From Marinicella sp. (GTDB taxonomy: Bacteria > Pseudomonadota > Gammaproteobacteria > Xanthomonadales > Marinicellaceae), in NCBI GenBank assembly GCA_965230295.1, contig OZ246001.1:1440001-1504000 (forward strand): a stretch of DNA of 64,000 nt, in the 5' to 3' direction. Every line of letters begins with the position of its first letter. The stretch's first letter is position 1. Below the pieces are notes generated by a model that was given only the letters and a program-made list of their open reading frames with translations, did no database searches and was not told the DNA's origin. Positions 47,687 through 57,074 of this stretch are shown here, one piece after another. Position numbers and translations under genes: made by a program.

Positions 47687-48670
47687 TTAAGGCAGTGGAA
47701 CAATTCCCAGCAATTGATCGATCACTTGATCTACGGTAAGGCCTTCTGCTTCTGCTTCAAATGACAGTATGATGCGGTGACGCAAAACATCATGAATCAC
47801 TGCATGGATGTCTTCTGGTAACAAGTGATCACGGCCAGACAAAAAGGCATGAGCCCTGGCACAACGGTCTAAAGCAATGGTGGCTCGTGGAGAACCGCCA
47901 AATTCAATCTGGCTGTCAAGGTTGGCATCATATTTTCCAGGGTTGCGGGTGGCCAAAATCAATTCGACCATGTATTTTTCCAGGTTTTCTGCCACAAACA
48001 AATTGAGAATGTGTTGTTGGGCTGTGAATATCTGCTCTTGCGTCAACAACACTTCTGGTACCGGTTGCTGGTCGAATTCAGCCAAGTCTTTCTTTTGTGC
48101 CAATTTAAGAATGTCCAATTCAGTTTCTGCTTCCGGGTAGCCGATGGTCACATGCATCAAAAATCGATCCAGCTGCGCTTCAGGTAAAGGGTAGGTACCT
48201 TCTTGCTCTATCGGATTTTGGGTGGCCATCACCAAAAACAACTTTGGCAGATCATAAGTGGTTTTACCCACCGTGATCTGTTGTTCGCCCATCGCCTCTA
48301 ACAAGGCCGATTGCACTTTGGCAGGCGCTCTGTTCACTTCATCAGCCAACACCAAGTTATGAAACAAGGGGCCTTTTTGAAACTCAAATGAGGCAGATTC
48401 AGCATGGTATACATCGGTACCAGTCAAATCTGCAGGCAATAAATCCGGGGTGAATTGAATGCGGTGAAAGTCCCCTTCAATGCATTCAGACAACACTTTA
48501 ATGGCAGTGGTTTTTGCCAAGCCAGGTGCGCCTTCCACCAACAAATGTCCATGTGATAACAGTGACATCAACAAACGGTCGACCAACTTTTGTTGACCCA
48601 ATATTTGGGTGCCAATGGCTTCTCTGATTTTTTGAAATGCGGCTGTTAATTCAATTGTGTTTTGTTCCAT
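47687..48670 (-). CDS. MoxR-family AAA+ ATPase
   Basis: GAPGLAKT, RIQFTPDLLPAD, DEVNRA and ATQNPIEQEGTYPLPEAQLDRF; start ATG 48670. Confidence 0.93.
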   Translation of the reverse strand: MEQNTIELTAAFQKIREAIGTQILGQQKLVDRLLMSLLSHGHLLVEGAPGLAKTTAIKVLSECIEGDFHRIQFTPDLLPADLTGTDVYHAESASFEFQKGPLFHNLVLADEVNRAPAKVQSALLEAMGEQQITVGKTTYDLPKLFLVMATQNPIEQEGTYPLPEAQLDRFLMHVTIGYPEAETELDILKLAQKKDLAEFDQQPVPEVLLTQEQIFTAQQHILNLFVAENLEKYMVELILATRNPGKYDANLDSQIEFGGSPRATIALDRCARAHAFLSGRDHLLPEDIHAVIHDVLRHRIILSFEAEAEGLTVDQVIDQLLGIVPLP

Positions 48671-48814
48671 ATATAACCTGTGTTTATTGTACTCAATACC
48701 TGGCAAAATTGACTGGGCGTATATTTAATTCCAATTTCAACATTTTCAAGGTTTTGCTAAAGAATCGGTGATTATACAAGATCCCCTTGTGATTGAATGT
48801 GTCAAAAGTAAGCT

Positions 48815-49181
48815 TCAAACGGTTGCGGTTTTCTCTCCTGGGAAAGAAGCGAACATTTGATTCATTCCCATGACTGCGGTTGCCAATCAAAAGCGGCAGA
48901 GCAGGCTCATTAAAACCCATCAAATGGTTGCGGTTTTCTCTCCTGAGAAAGAAGCGAACATTTGATTCATTCCCATGACTGCGGTTGCCAATCAAAAGCG
49001 GCAGAGCAGGCTCATTAAAACCCATCAAATGGTTGCGGTTTTCTCTCCTGAGAAAGAAGCGAACATTTGATTCATTCCCATGACTGCGGTTGCCAATCAA
49101 AAGTGGCAGAGCAGACTCATTAAAACCCATCAAATGGTTGCGGTTTTCTCTCCTGAGAAAGAAGCGAACATTTGATTCATT
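48815..49181. repeat. Tandem array of a 105-bp unit (~3.4 copies) built from two alternating hairpins
   Basis: Units start at 48821, 48926, 49031 and 49136 (partial), with only 3 single-base differences among them. Confidence 0.95.
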
Positions 49182-49245
49182 AGCATGGTAAAATTTGCCC
49201 TTTGTACCACAGACAGCTCAGACCTCCAAAAGGTCGCAAAAAAAT

Positions 49246-49803
49246 ATGTACAGTTTGACCAGCGAACCCTTTAAATTAGACCGCGATGTAGAAGCCATTG
49301 CCGTACCCACTGGCGAAACCATAGAATTACCCGCCGGCGTGGTTGGATACATCACCCAGGCCCTTGGCGGCAGCTTCACCATCTTTGTGGATGGCAGCAT
49401 GTTCATGATTCTTGGTCACAATGCTGATGCCCTCGGTCGTGAACCATTGGCACCACCCGTTTTACCTGAAAATGCAACCCAACAGGATGTAGAGAATGCA
49501 GTTTGGGACCAACTCAGAACGGTGTATGATCCAGAAATCCCAGTCAGTATTGTTGAACTTGGTTTGGTTTATGAATGTGAAGTGAAACCCAATGCTGACA
49601 GTCAGCTGGGGTATGATGTCAGCATTGACATGACCTTAACCGCACCTGGTTGTGGAATGGGCGACGTATTGGTCTCTGATGCTGCGGCTAAAATCAAACT
49701 GATTCCTGAAGTCAATTCGGTCGATTGTCAAATCGTGTTTGACCCACCTTGGGATCAATCCATGATGTCAGAAGAAGCCAAGCTAGAAACTGGCATGCTC
49801 TGA
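49246..49803 (+). CDS. sufT: Putative Fe-S cluster assembly protein SufT (DUF59)
   Basis: ITQALGGSFT, LRTVYDPEIPVSIVELGLVY, MTLTAPGCGMG and FDPPW. Confidence 0.9.
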   Translation: MYSLTSEPFKLDRDVEAIAVPTGETIELPAGVVGYITQALGGSFTIFVDGSMFMILGHNADALGREPLAPPVLPENATQQDVENAVWDQLRTVYDPEIPVSIVELGLVYECEVKPNADSQLGYDVSIDMTLTAPGCGMGDVLVSDAAAKIKLIPEVNSVDCQIVFDPPWDQSMMSEEAKLETGML

Positions 49804-49826
49804 AAGCAGAAGGTTCCATTTGTACC

Positions 49827-50645
49827 ATGACCCAAATACCCGTATTGACCTACCATGCCAACAACATCAATGGCAACGAATATCAAAACAATGACCACAT
49901 TGCGCTGATTGAAGACTTAAAACTGATCCACCAGTTAGGTTTTGATGTCATCAGCATCGACCAGTTAATGGCATGGCATGGTGGACAAGTGACCGATGAT
50001 CAGATCAAGAAAACCGTCGTTCTGACTTGTGATGATGGCACCTGGTTTGATTTTCATGATGTCGAACACTCCAGTTTTGGTCAACAGATCAGTTTTTTTA
50101 ACATCCTCAAAAACCACCAACAACAGACCGGCAGTCCTGTTCACATGAGTAACTTTGTGATTGTGTCACCCGAAGCACGTCATGTTTTGGATCAAACATG
50201 TTTGGTTGGCAAAAACTGGTGGCAAGATGATTGGTGGCTGACAGCCCAAAGGTCTGAGATCATGAACATTGAGAACCACAGCTGGGACCACAACCATGGG
50301 GTTTTTGACAACGACAACATCGACGATGACACTTTTGTCGGCATCAAAGATCTGGAAGGTTGTGACCGGCAGATCAAACAGGCACAACGGGTCTTGAAGC
50401 AAATACTCGAAGATGAATACCAACCACAGTACTTTGCGTACCCCTATGGTGATTACAGTGAATATTTGCGCTTTGAATATTTACCCCAATTTGGTCACCA
50501 GTTGCACTTAAAAGCTGCTTTCACCACTGAGCCCAAACACGTCACTAAAATGTCTGATCAATGGGCCTTGCCCAGGTACATTTGTAACAACGACTGGTGC
50601 AGCACCGATGACTTAAAAAACATATTGCTTTCAACCCCGAGCTAA
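49827..50645 (+). CDS. Polysaccharide deacetylase family protein
   Basis: PVLTYH, LTCDDG, NHSWDH and FAYPYG. Confidence 0.88.
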   Translation: MTQIPVLTYHANNINGNEYQNNDHIALIEDLKLIHQLGFDVISIDQLMAWHGGQVTDDQIKKTVVLTCDDGTWFDFHDVEHSSFGQQISFFNILKNHQQQTGSPVHMSNFVIVSPEARHVLDQTCLVGKNWWQDDWWLTAQRSEIMNIENHSWDHNHGVFDNDNIDDDTFVGIKDLEGCDRQIKQAQRVLKQILEDEYQPQYFAYPYGDYSEYLRFEYLPQFGHQLHLKAAFTTEPKHVTKMSDQWALPRYICNNDWCSTDDLKNILLSTPS

Positions 50646-50759
50646 ACCCCAACTGAATATAAAGCGTGGCAGAATGTGAACTGCCTCATACATTCAACAT
50701 ACCAACATAACTTTCTTTGTCATCATTCGTTAACAGGTCAATTGATACAAGGAGTACAC

Positions 50760-51527
50760 ATGAATATTTCACTGCGCTTAACCGGTCTGATTGGGCTGTT
50801 GCTATTTGGCACTTTGTTCGGTTTCACTTACGGGGTGCCTGAACAAGTTGAACAATCGGCCAAAAGTTTTGTTAAATACCAGATTAATCAGGAAGTCAAA
50901 GCAAAAATTGCCCAAGTCTCTGAAACGAACCTTGGCAAAAGAGCCATATCGTTGGCCGACCGGCTGGGTTTTCAAGAAAGCCAACTAAAAAAAGATTTGG
51001 AAAACAATTTACCTGAAAAAATTGCCAGCATCATGGCCGCCATGTGTGGTTATGATTGTGAGAAGAAGAAACAACTGGCTCAAGACATCAAAGCAAGTTA
51101 TTTAGAACGCATACAGAATTTCCAAGTGGGGCAATTCAACTTAAGCAATGTGGTGAAAGGTAAATATGTAGAGATTGTCAGCAACTTAAAAACCGACTTG
51201 AGAATATTTACCTTCAGCAACGCTTTGATGTTTTTATTGTTGCTGTTGATCTCGTTCTTCAAGCCACAGGCCAACCAGCATTTGTTTGTACCTGGTATGC
51301 TTTTATTTTTAGCAACCTTAAGTGCCACCTGCATTTATGTTTTTGGCCAAGACTGGTTTTACACCATCATTTACAATGATTACATGGGGTATGGTTATTT
51401 GATCTATTTGGGCGTCATTTTTGGCTTTTTAATGGACATCGTATTGAACCAATGCCGAATCACCACCGAAGTGTTTAACTTCATTGTTGATGCCATAGGC
51501 TCAATTGAGGTGATTGAACCCTGTTGA
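50760..51527 (+). CDS. Hypothetical membrane protein
   Basis: AGGAG RBS before ATG 50760; N-terminal TM, CGYDC and three C-terminal TM segments. Confidence 0.75.
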   Translation: MNISLRLTGLIGLLLFGTLFGFTYGVPEQVEQSAKSFVKYQINQEVKAKIAQVSETNLGKRAISLADRLGFQESQLKKDLENNLPEKIASIMAAMCGYDCEKKKQLAQDIKASYLERIQNFQVGQFNLSNVVKGKYVEIVSNLKTDLRIFTFSNALMFLLLLLISFFKPQANQHLFVPGMLLFLATLSATCIYVFGQDWFYTIIYNDYMGYGYLIYLGVIFGFLMDIVLNQCRITTEVFNFIVDAIGSIEVIEPC

Positions 51528-51566
51528 CCCGACAATCATGGAATTTTCTGACGTGAATGTGGCTAA

Positions 51567-52895
51567 TTACAAAGTGACAAACTCTTCTGCTGATGTGGGA
51601 TGAATGCCTATTGTTTTGTTCAACTGGGTTTTGGTTAATCCCTGTTTCAGAGCCACCCCAAACCCTTGGATCATCTCACCACCGTCGGCACCGACAACGT
51701 GCATACCCAGAACTTGATCGGTGTCTTCATCAACCACGATTTTCATGAAGGTTTTCTCAGTCACATCACTCATGGCGTATTTCATGGCACGAAACGTGCT
51801 GGTGTAACATTTGATGTTTGGATGCTGGTGTTTTGCTTCCGTTTCTGTCAATCCACAGGTGCCAATTTCCGGTTGCGAGAAGACTGTTGTTGGAATGTAA
51901 TCATACTCCGGGTATTGATCACCCCCGTTGAACAATCGATTGACCAGGTAGTGGCCTTCTCGAATGGCCACCGGAGTCAAGTTATCTGCATTACAAACAT
52001 CGCCCACAGCAAACACATGTTCAAGTGTGGTTCTTTGGTCCCGATCAACCACCACTTGGCCGTTGGGTTTGGTGTCTATGTTGACCGTTGCCAGGTTCAA
52101 TGATTCGGTGTTGGCTTTACGGCCAGTGGCAAAAAAGACCACTTCTGATTCGATGTCTTGGTGGTTGGTTTTACAGACCAGGCCATTTGCGGTTTTTTCA
52201 ACAGCCGTGATTTCCGTGTTGGTAATGACATTGATACCCGCTTCAATAAAAGATTGTTGGGCAAAGACCGCCACTTCACCATCAAACCCTCGCAAGATTT
52301 GAGGCCCACGATAAACCAAGTTAACCGCTACACCGAGTGAATTAAAAATGCCTGCGAATTCGACCGCAATGTAGCCTCCACCATTGATGGTGATTGATTG
52401 GGGCAGTTCTGCCAAGTCCAAAGCTTCATTGGATGTGATGATAAATTCTTTTCCTTCCATGTCTGGTACAGTGGGTGTTCCACCTGTTGCGATCAATACC
52501 TTGTCCGCAGTGTAATGCTTGCCACCTACATCAATCGTGTGCTCATCGACAAAAGACCCATGACCTTCAATCAGTTCTACACCGGCATTCGACAACAAAT
52601 TCAAATAAATACCATTCAGTCGATTGATTTCTTCATTTTTATTGTCTAACAGTGTCGACCAATTAAACTGGCTTTGCACATCCCAGCCAAAAGTTTTGGC
52701 CGCTTTGAATAACTTGTTGTACTGAGAAGCGTAAACAAACAATTTTTTCGGTACACAACCGCGAATCACGCAGGTGCCGCCCACTTTATCCGATTCACAA
52801 ATGGCCACTTTCTTACCGTAACCAGCTGCAATGCGAGCAGCCCTTACGCCGCCTGAACCGGCGCCGATTACCAATAAATCAAAATCATATGTCAT
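51567..52895 (-). CDS. gor: Glutathione-disulfide reductase
   Basis: GAGSGG, GGTCVIRGCVPKK, GGGYIAVE and IGIHPTSAEE. Confidence 0.93.
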   Translation of the reverse strand: MTYDFDLLVIGAGSGGVRAARIAAGYGKKVAICESDKVGGTCVIRGCVPKKLFVYASQYNKLFKAAKTFGWDVQSQFNWSTLLDNKNEEINRLNGIYLNLLSNAGVELIEGHGSFVDEHTIDVGGKHYTADKVLIATGGTPTVPDMEGKEFIITSNEALDLAELPQSITINGGGYIAVEFAGIFNSLGVAVNLVYRGPQILRGFDGEVAVFAQQSFIEAGINVITNTEITAVEKTANGLVCKTNHQDIESEVVFFATGRKANTESLNLATVNIDTKPNGQVVVDRDQRTTLEHVFAVGDVCNADNLTPVAIREGHYLVNRLFNGGDQYPEYDYIPTTVFSQPEIGTCGLTETEAKHQHPNIKCYTSTFRAMKYAMSDVTEKTFMKIVVDEDTDQVLGMHVVGADGGEMIQGFGVALKQGLTKTQLNKTIGIHPTSAEEFVTL

Positions 52896-52955
52896 GGGTT
52901 TTCCTGTGTTGTGTTGTGATAAGAATTACAAGACCTGATAAATGGCTTTTCATTG

Positions 52956-53456
52956 CTAAAATGGGCCAAATTCAAAGGCCGCTTTGATGATTTGTTGCTG
53001 ATGGTCCAGATCTGATTGACGTTTCCAGTAAACAATCAAATGTGGGTGCTCTGTTTGTTCAAAACCAACCGCTAAATCAATCTTATAGGCACCTTTGTGA
53101 CCCACATAGCCGAAGACAGCATCACAATCATTGAGTTGCTTCACCGATTCTGACAACATGGTGAATGCCACACCTCCTTGCTGGTTAAGTTGTGCCCTCA
53201 AGTATTTGGGTAAATGGCGCAAGGCACGGGTGTTGACACACATACCCCCGCCCAAGTACATGTTTAGGTGCTTGGTGAAATGGACATAGCCCAAAGTCAA
53301 AGCGGCCCCATTTTCATCAATTGCCATCAGCACAAAGTGTTTGGGGAAATCTGGAATCACATCATTAAAGGAGCGCAAAAAAAGTGTTCCTGCCAATGGT
53401 TCTGCATCTGCAACTTCTATCAATTGAATTTTAATGTGCTCTGAATTGTTAAACAT
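52956..53456 (-). CDS. Hypothetical protein, possibly GNAT-like fold
   Basis: 166-aa ORF; the GYVHF..GGGMCV..GGVA..AVGF pattern is loosely GNAT-like. Confidence 0.65.
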   Translation of the reverse strand: MFNNSEHIKIQLIEVADAEPLAGTLFLRSFNDVIPDFPKHFVLMAIDENGAALTLGYVHFTKHLNMYLGGGMCVNTRALRHLPKYLRAQLNQQGGVAFTMLSESVKQLNDCDAVFGYVGHKGAYKIDLAVGFEQTEHPHLIVYWKRQSDLDHQQQIIKAAFEFGPF

Positions 53457-53697
53457 GGATGAGTTAAAAAAAAGTTAAAAAACTGGTTGAGGTATTATGC
53501 CGTTTTCAGTATATAATAAAAAGCGCAAGGACGGTTATTAAGTGATCCGATTGGGTTTGAAAATATAATAAGAGGAGGCCCAACATTTTGAATCATTCAA
53601 TAACCCAAGACATTGAGAGATACAACAAAGTCACATAAGTAAAAGAAAAGCAAGTGCACCTTGGTCAACAAGGCTGCATTCCCTCGGGTTAAAATAA

Positions 53698-53832
53698 AAA
53701 TAAAAAGAGGGTGGAGTTACAGAAATCAGAGAGTTAAAAAGCGTTAGGGGAGGAAATTTCTGTAACTCCAAAGCTTGCATCGTTTTCAACAAATTCCGAA
53801 ATTCTAACTTGTTTGTAAAAACGACTTAATGC
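53698..53832 (-). ncRNA. Candidate ~130-nt small RNA
   Basis: On the - strand, TTGACG-17 bp-TATAGT (53865-53837) precedes two stem-loops. The second is a perfect 15-bp stem (53712-53726/53756-53770) followed after a few nt by a U-tract. Confidence 0.55.
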
Positions 53833-53996
53833 AATCACTATACTACTAAGTCTTACGTACGTCAATTACTTTTTGGAAAATTCAGCACGTATGATTATAG
53901 TAGTCATTCCACCTCGTCATTTTATGTGCCAAAAGTCCCTTTGTTTTTCATTGACTGATTAAATAGACCTTCACTTAACGAAATGCTTACAAATAG

Positions 53997-55463
53997 TTAT
54001 TGATATTGGACACAAACATTTTTGGGTTCGGTGAAAAAACGCAAGGCTTCCAGGCCGCCTTCGCGGCCCGAACCGGATGCCTTCATACCACCAAACGGGG
54101 TTCGTAAATCACGCAACAGCCAGCAATTAACCCATACGATACCAAAGTCCAGCCCTTTAGCCAACCGATGACAGCGGCTGACATCCTGTGACCAGATACT
54201 GGTGGCCAAACCATAACTTGAATCGTTGGCCAAATCCAAAGCTTCACGTTCTGAGCTGAATGGCTGGACGGTACAAACTGGTCCAAAAATTTCTTCTTGG
54301 TTGGTTCGACATTGGTTACCCAAACCTGCAATGATGGTCGGCTGGACAAAATAGCCATCGGCACAACGCCCCTTCATTTGAATGGGCTGTCCTCCAGTTA
54401 AGATGTGGCCTCCTTCTGTTTTCGCCAGTTCGATGTAACTGAGCACTTTGTCTCTGTGAGCCGCTGAAACCAAAGCACCGAACTGGGTCTGCTCATCCAG
54501 CGGATCACCAATCTTTAGCTGCTCAACCTGGTTCACCAAAGCATTGGTGAATCGATCATAAATGCTGTCTTCAATCAGCACCCTGGATCCACATAAACAT
54601 ATTTGACCTTGGTTGGCAAAAGCAGCCTTAGCCACTTCTTTGACCGTTCGATCGAAATCACAATCAGCAAAAACCAGGGTCGGGTTTTTACCCCCCAGTT
54701 CTAAAGACAGCTTTTTGTGTTGGTCTGCGGTTGCTTGTTTGATGGCTATACCAGTTGTAGAACCACCGGTGAAGCTGACGGCCTTGACCTGCTCATGTTG
54801 CACCAATGCGGCACCAATTTCTGCACCAGTACCGTGCAACACATTCAAAACCCCAGCCGGTAAACCCGCTTCTATGCAGAGCTTTGAAAACAGATAAGCC
54901 GTCATTGGGGTCACTTCCGATGGTTTGGCAATCACACAATTACCAGCTGCCAGAGCAGGTGCTATTTTCCATGTGAATAAATACAAAGGCAGATTCCAAG
55001 GAGAGATACAGGCCACCACGCCCAAGGGATCACGCAAGGTGTAATTGATGGCCACATTTTCCATGGCGTGAGACTCACTGCTGAACTGAGTGATGGCTTG
55101 GGCGAAGAATCGAATGTTGGCAGCCGCCCGATAAATGTCTACATTTTTGGCCAGGCTGATGGGCTTACCATTATCAATGGCTTCGGCTTCGGCCAGTTGA
55201 TCTTGGTTGGCTTCTATCAAATCAGCCAGGTCATTCAACACCTTGGCCCTGCGTTCCGCTGATGTATTGGCCCATTTTGGGAAGGCCTTCCGGGCAGCGT
55301 CAACTGCGGCTTGTAAATCTTGCTTGTCTGATGCAGGAGTGGAACTATAAACCTGTCCGGTAGCGGGTTCATAGTTGTGGTCATATAATCCCCTGATAGG
55401 CCGTACCAACTTGCCATCGATCAAATTCTCAATTTGTGGCAAAGGCTCCAAACCTACAGACAT
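53997..55463 (-). CDS. Aldehyde dehydrogenase, 2-aminomuconate/2-hydroxymuconate semialdehyde dehydrogenase-like
   Basis: ISPWNLPLYLFTWKIAPA, LELGGKNP, NQGQICLCGSR and WLLRDLRTPFGG (ALDH8/AmnC-like). Confidence 0.85.
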   Translation of the reverse strand: MSVGLEPLPQIENLIDGKLVRPIRGLYDHNYEPATGQVYSSTPASDKQDLQAAVDAARKAFPKWANTSAERRAKVLNDLADLIEANQDQLAEAEAIDNGKPISLAKNVDIYRAAANIRFFAQAITQFSSESHAMENVAINYTLRDPLGVVACISPWNLPLYLFTWKIAPALAAGNCVIAKPSEVTPMTAYLFSKLCIEAGLPAGVLNVLHGTGAEIGAALVQHEQVKAVSFTGGSTTGIAIKQATADQHKKLSLELGGKNPTLVFADCDFDRTVKEVAKAAFANQGQICLCGSRVLIEDSIYDRFTNALVNQVEQLKIGDPLDEQTQFGALVSAAHRDKVLSYIELAKTEGGHILTGGQPIQMKGRCADGYFVQPTIIAGLGNQCRTNQEEIFGPVCTVQPFSSEREALDLANDSSYGLATSIWSQDVSRCHRLAKGLDFGIVWVNCWLLRDLRTPFGGMKASGSGREGGLEALRFFTEPKNVCVQYQ

Positions 55464-56242
55464 GCTGTCCTGCCTCCATCAACCGGAATATTGACACCAT
55501 TGATATAAGCACCAGCCGGTGAAGCCAAAAACCCGACCACATTGGCAAATTCTTGGGGTGTGCCAAAGCGGCGCATGGGGATGATGGCTTTTTCATGCTC
55601 AATGACTTGTTCAACCGTCATGCCGGTCTTTTTGGCCTTGTTTTCGAAGATCGCAGACAACCGGCCCGTTTCGGTGGCGCCAGGTAAAACATTGTTGACC
55701 GTGATGTTAAACTGGCCCAATTCATTGGCCAGGGTTTTGGCCCAGCTGGCCACTGCGCCTCTCACTGTATTGGATACGCCCAGATTAGGCAAAGGCTGTT
55801 TAACCGAAGTAGAGATCACATTGATGATCCGGCCATATCCAACTTGTTGCATGGCAGGTACCAACGCCTGGGCCAAAACTTGGTTACAAATCAGGTGTTG
55901 ATTGAAAGCCGCTTGGTAGGCTGAAACCTCGGCATCTTTGGCCAGTCCTGGAGCCGGTCCACCTGTGTTGTTCACCAAAATATGCACATCTGGGTGTTGG
56001 GCCAAATGTGTTTCGATGGCCGATTTCACCTCCTCAGGGCGGGTGAAATCTGCCGCCACAGTGTGGTGAGTTTGCCCGGCCTCTTGTGACAAGGATTCAA
56101 CCACTTCGCTTAACTTTTCTGCACGTCTGGCAACCATGACTACAGAGGCACCTTGGGCAGCCAACTGTTGGGCAATGGCCAAACCCATCCCTTGTGTTGA
56201 GCCGCACACCACGGCTGTTTTTCCAGATAAACTTAAATCCAC
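55454..56242 (-). CDS. SDR family oxidoreductase
   Basis: CGSTQGMG, LVNNTGGP, SNTVRGA and VDGG; GTG start. Confidence 0.88.
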   Translation of the reverse strand: MDLSLSGKTAVVCGSTQGMGLAIAQQLAAQGASVVMVARRAEKLSEVVESLSQEAGQTHHTVAADFTRPEEVKSAIETHLAQHPDVHILVNNTGGPAPGLAKDAEVSAYQAAFNQHLICNQVLAQALVPAMQQVGYGRIINVISTSVKQPLPNLGVSNTVRGAVASWAKTLANELGQFNITVNNVLPGATETGRLSAIFENKAKKTGMTVEQVIEHEKAIIPMRRFGTPQEFANVVGFLASPAGAYINGVNIPVDGGRTACL

Positions 56243-56243
56243 T

Positions 56244-56444
56244 TCACACCTCCTTCATGGCCTTGACCAACAGCTCCCTGGCCAACACCGCATCAGCATG
56301 GTTAGGAAATTTAAACTTCAACATGTCTCCCACCAAGCGTACATTAAACTGTTTGCCTTCGTCATGATTGGCAGTGAACACTGCGCTGACAAAAACAATT
56401 TTTTCTAACACCAAAGTATAGCCTTTTAAATCGTATGTTTTCAT
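56244..56444 (-). CDS. Small hypothetical protein
   Basis: 66-aa ORF ending 1 bp before the SDR start; its 3' end carries the SDR RBS (AAGGAGG). Confidence 0.65.
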   Translation of the reverse strand: MKTYDLKGYTLVLEKIVFVSAVFTANHDEGKQFNVRLVGDMLKFKFPNHADAVLARELLVKAMKEV

Positions 56445-56524
56445 GACGTCACATGACCTTAAAAATGACAATCATCTTACAAGCATTGTTAATTAACAAC
56501 CACCATTGAAATCAATTAATAGGC

Positions 56525-56551
56525 AAAAAAAACGCCAAGTTCAACTTGGCG
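56525..56551 (-). terminator. Rho-independent terminator
   Basis: CGCCAAGT-tca-ACTTGGCG preceded by A8. Confidence 0.8.
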
Positions 56552-56588
56552 CAATCAATTTAGAGAGTAATGAAATTAATAGATGCTT

Positions 56589-56990
56589 TTAGTTACTGGC
56601 TGGTTCTCCATTTTCAGGTTTTTCATCATTGTCATAATGCCAACCATGAAAAGGAAAAGGTTTTTCTTCTTTTTGAAAAGACACGTAACTGATGATGTCT
56701 GATAAATAATTGCCCAATTCACCATTGAATGCTTTTAAGTTCTTATTCAAGGTACCAGTGATCAGTAAGAAACCAAACTGTACCAACACCACAAAACCAA
56801 ACACCCACAGTGACAACCAGCCAATTAAGGCAAACAACAGCGTAACCAGAATTCGGGTTAATACGTCGTTGTTTAGTTTTGATTCTTTTTTTGCAGCCTG
56901 CTCAGGTTCTTTAACTTCAACCGCTTCTGCTTCGATAACTGTTTCGTTTTTCGGGTCTTCAACCCCATCGTTTTTGTCTTTGTCTGACAT
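56589..56990 (-). CDS. DUF4389 family membrane protein
   Basis: Two TM segments, VQFGFLLITG and EEKPFPF. Confidence 0.8.
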   Translation of the reverse strand: MSDKDKNDGVEDPKNETVIEAEAVEVKEPEQAAKKESKLNNDVLTRILVTLLFALIGWLSLWVFGFVVLVQFGFLLITGTLNKNLKAFNGELGNYLSDIISYVSFQKEEKPFPFHGWHYDNDEKPENGEPASN

Positions 56991-57074
56991 GGTGTTTACC
57001 TCTGTGTTGTCGTTGAATAATTACTATAGACAATCCACCTCAGATTTAACAGTGCCAGAGGTCACAGCACAGAA

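Noticed and set aside
41780-48670. MoxR-DUF58-vWA-BatD operon as a novel system
   Set aside because: It is a widespread, already described Bat/MoxR cluster in its usual gene order.
48693-49133. 146-aa ORF with 35-aa repeats
   Set aside because: It follows from the 105-bp period being a multiple of 3. There is no clear RBS, and it covers the moxR upstream region.
48815-49181. CRISPR array
   Set aside because: The units are identical end to end with no unique spacers, the period is 105 bp, and no cas genes are present.
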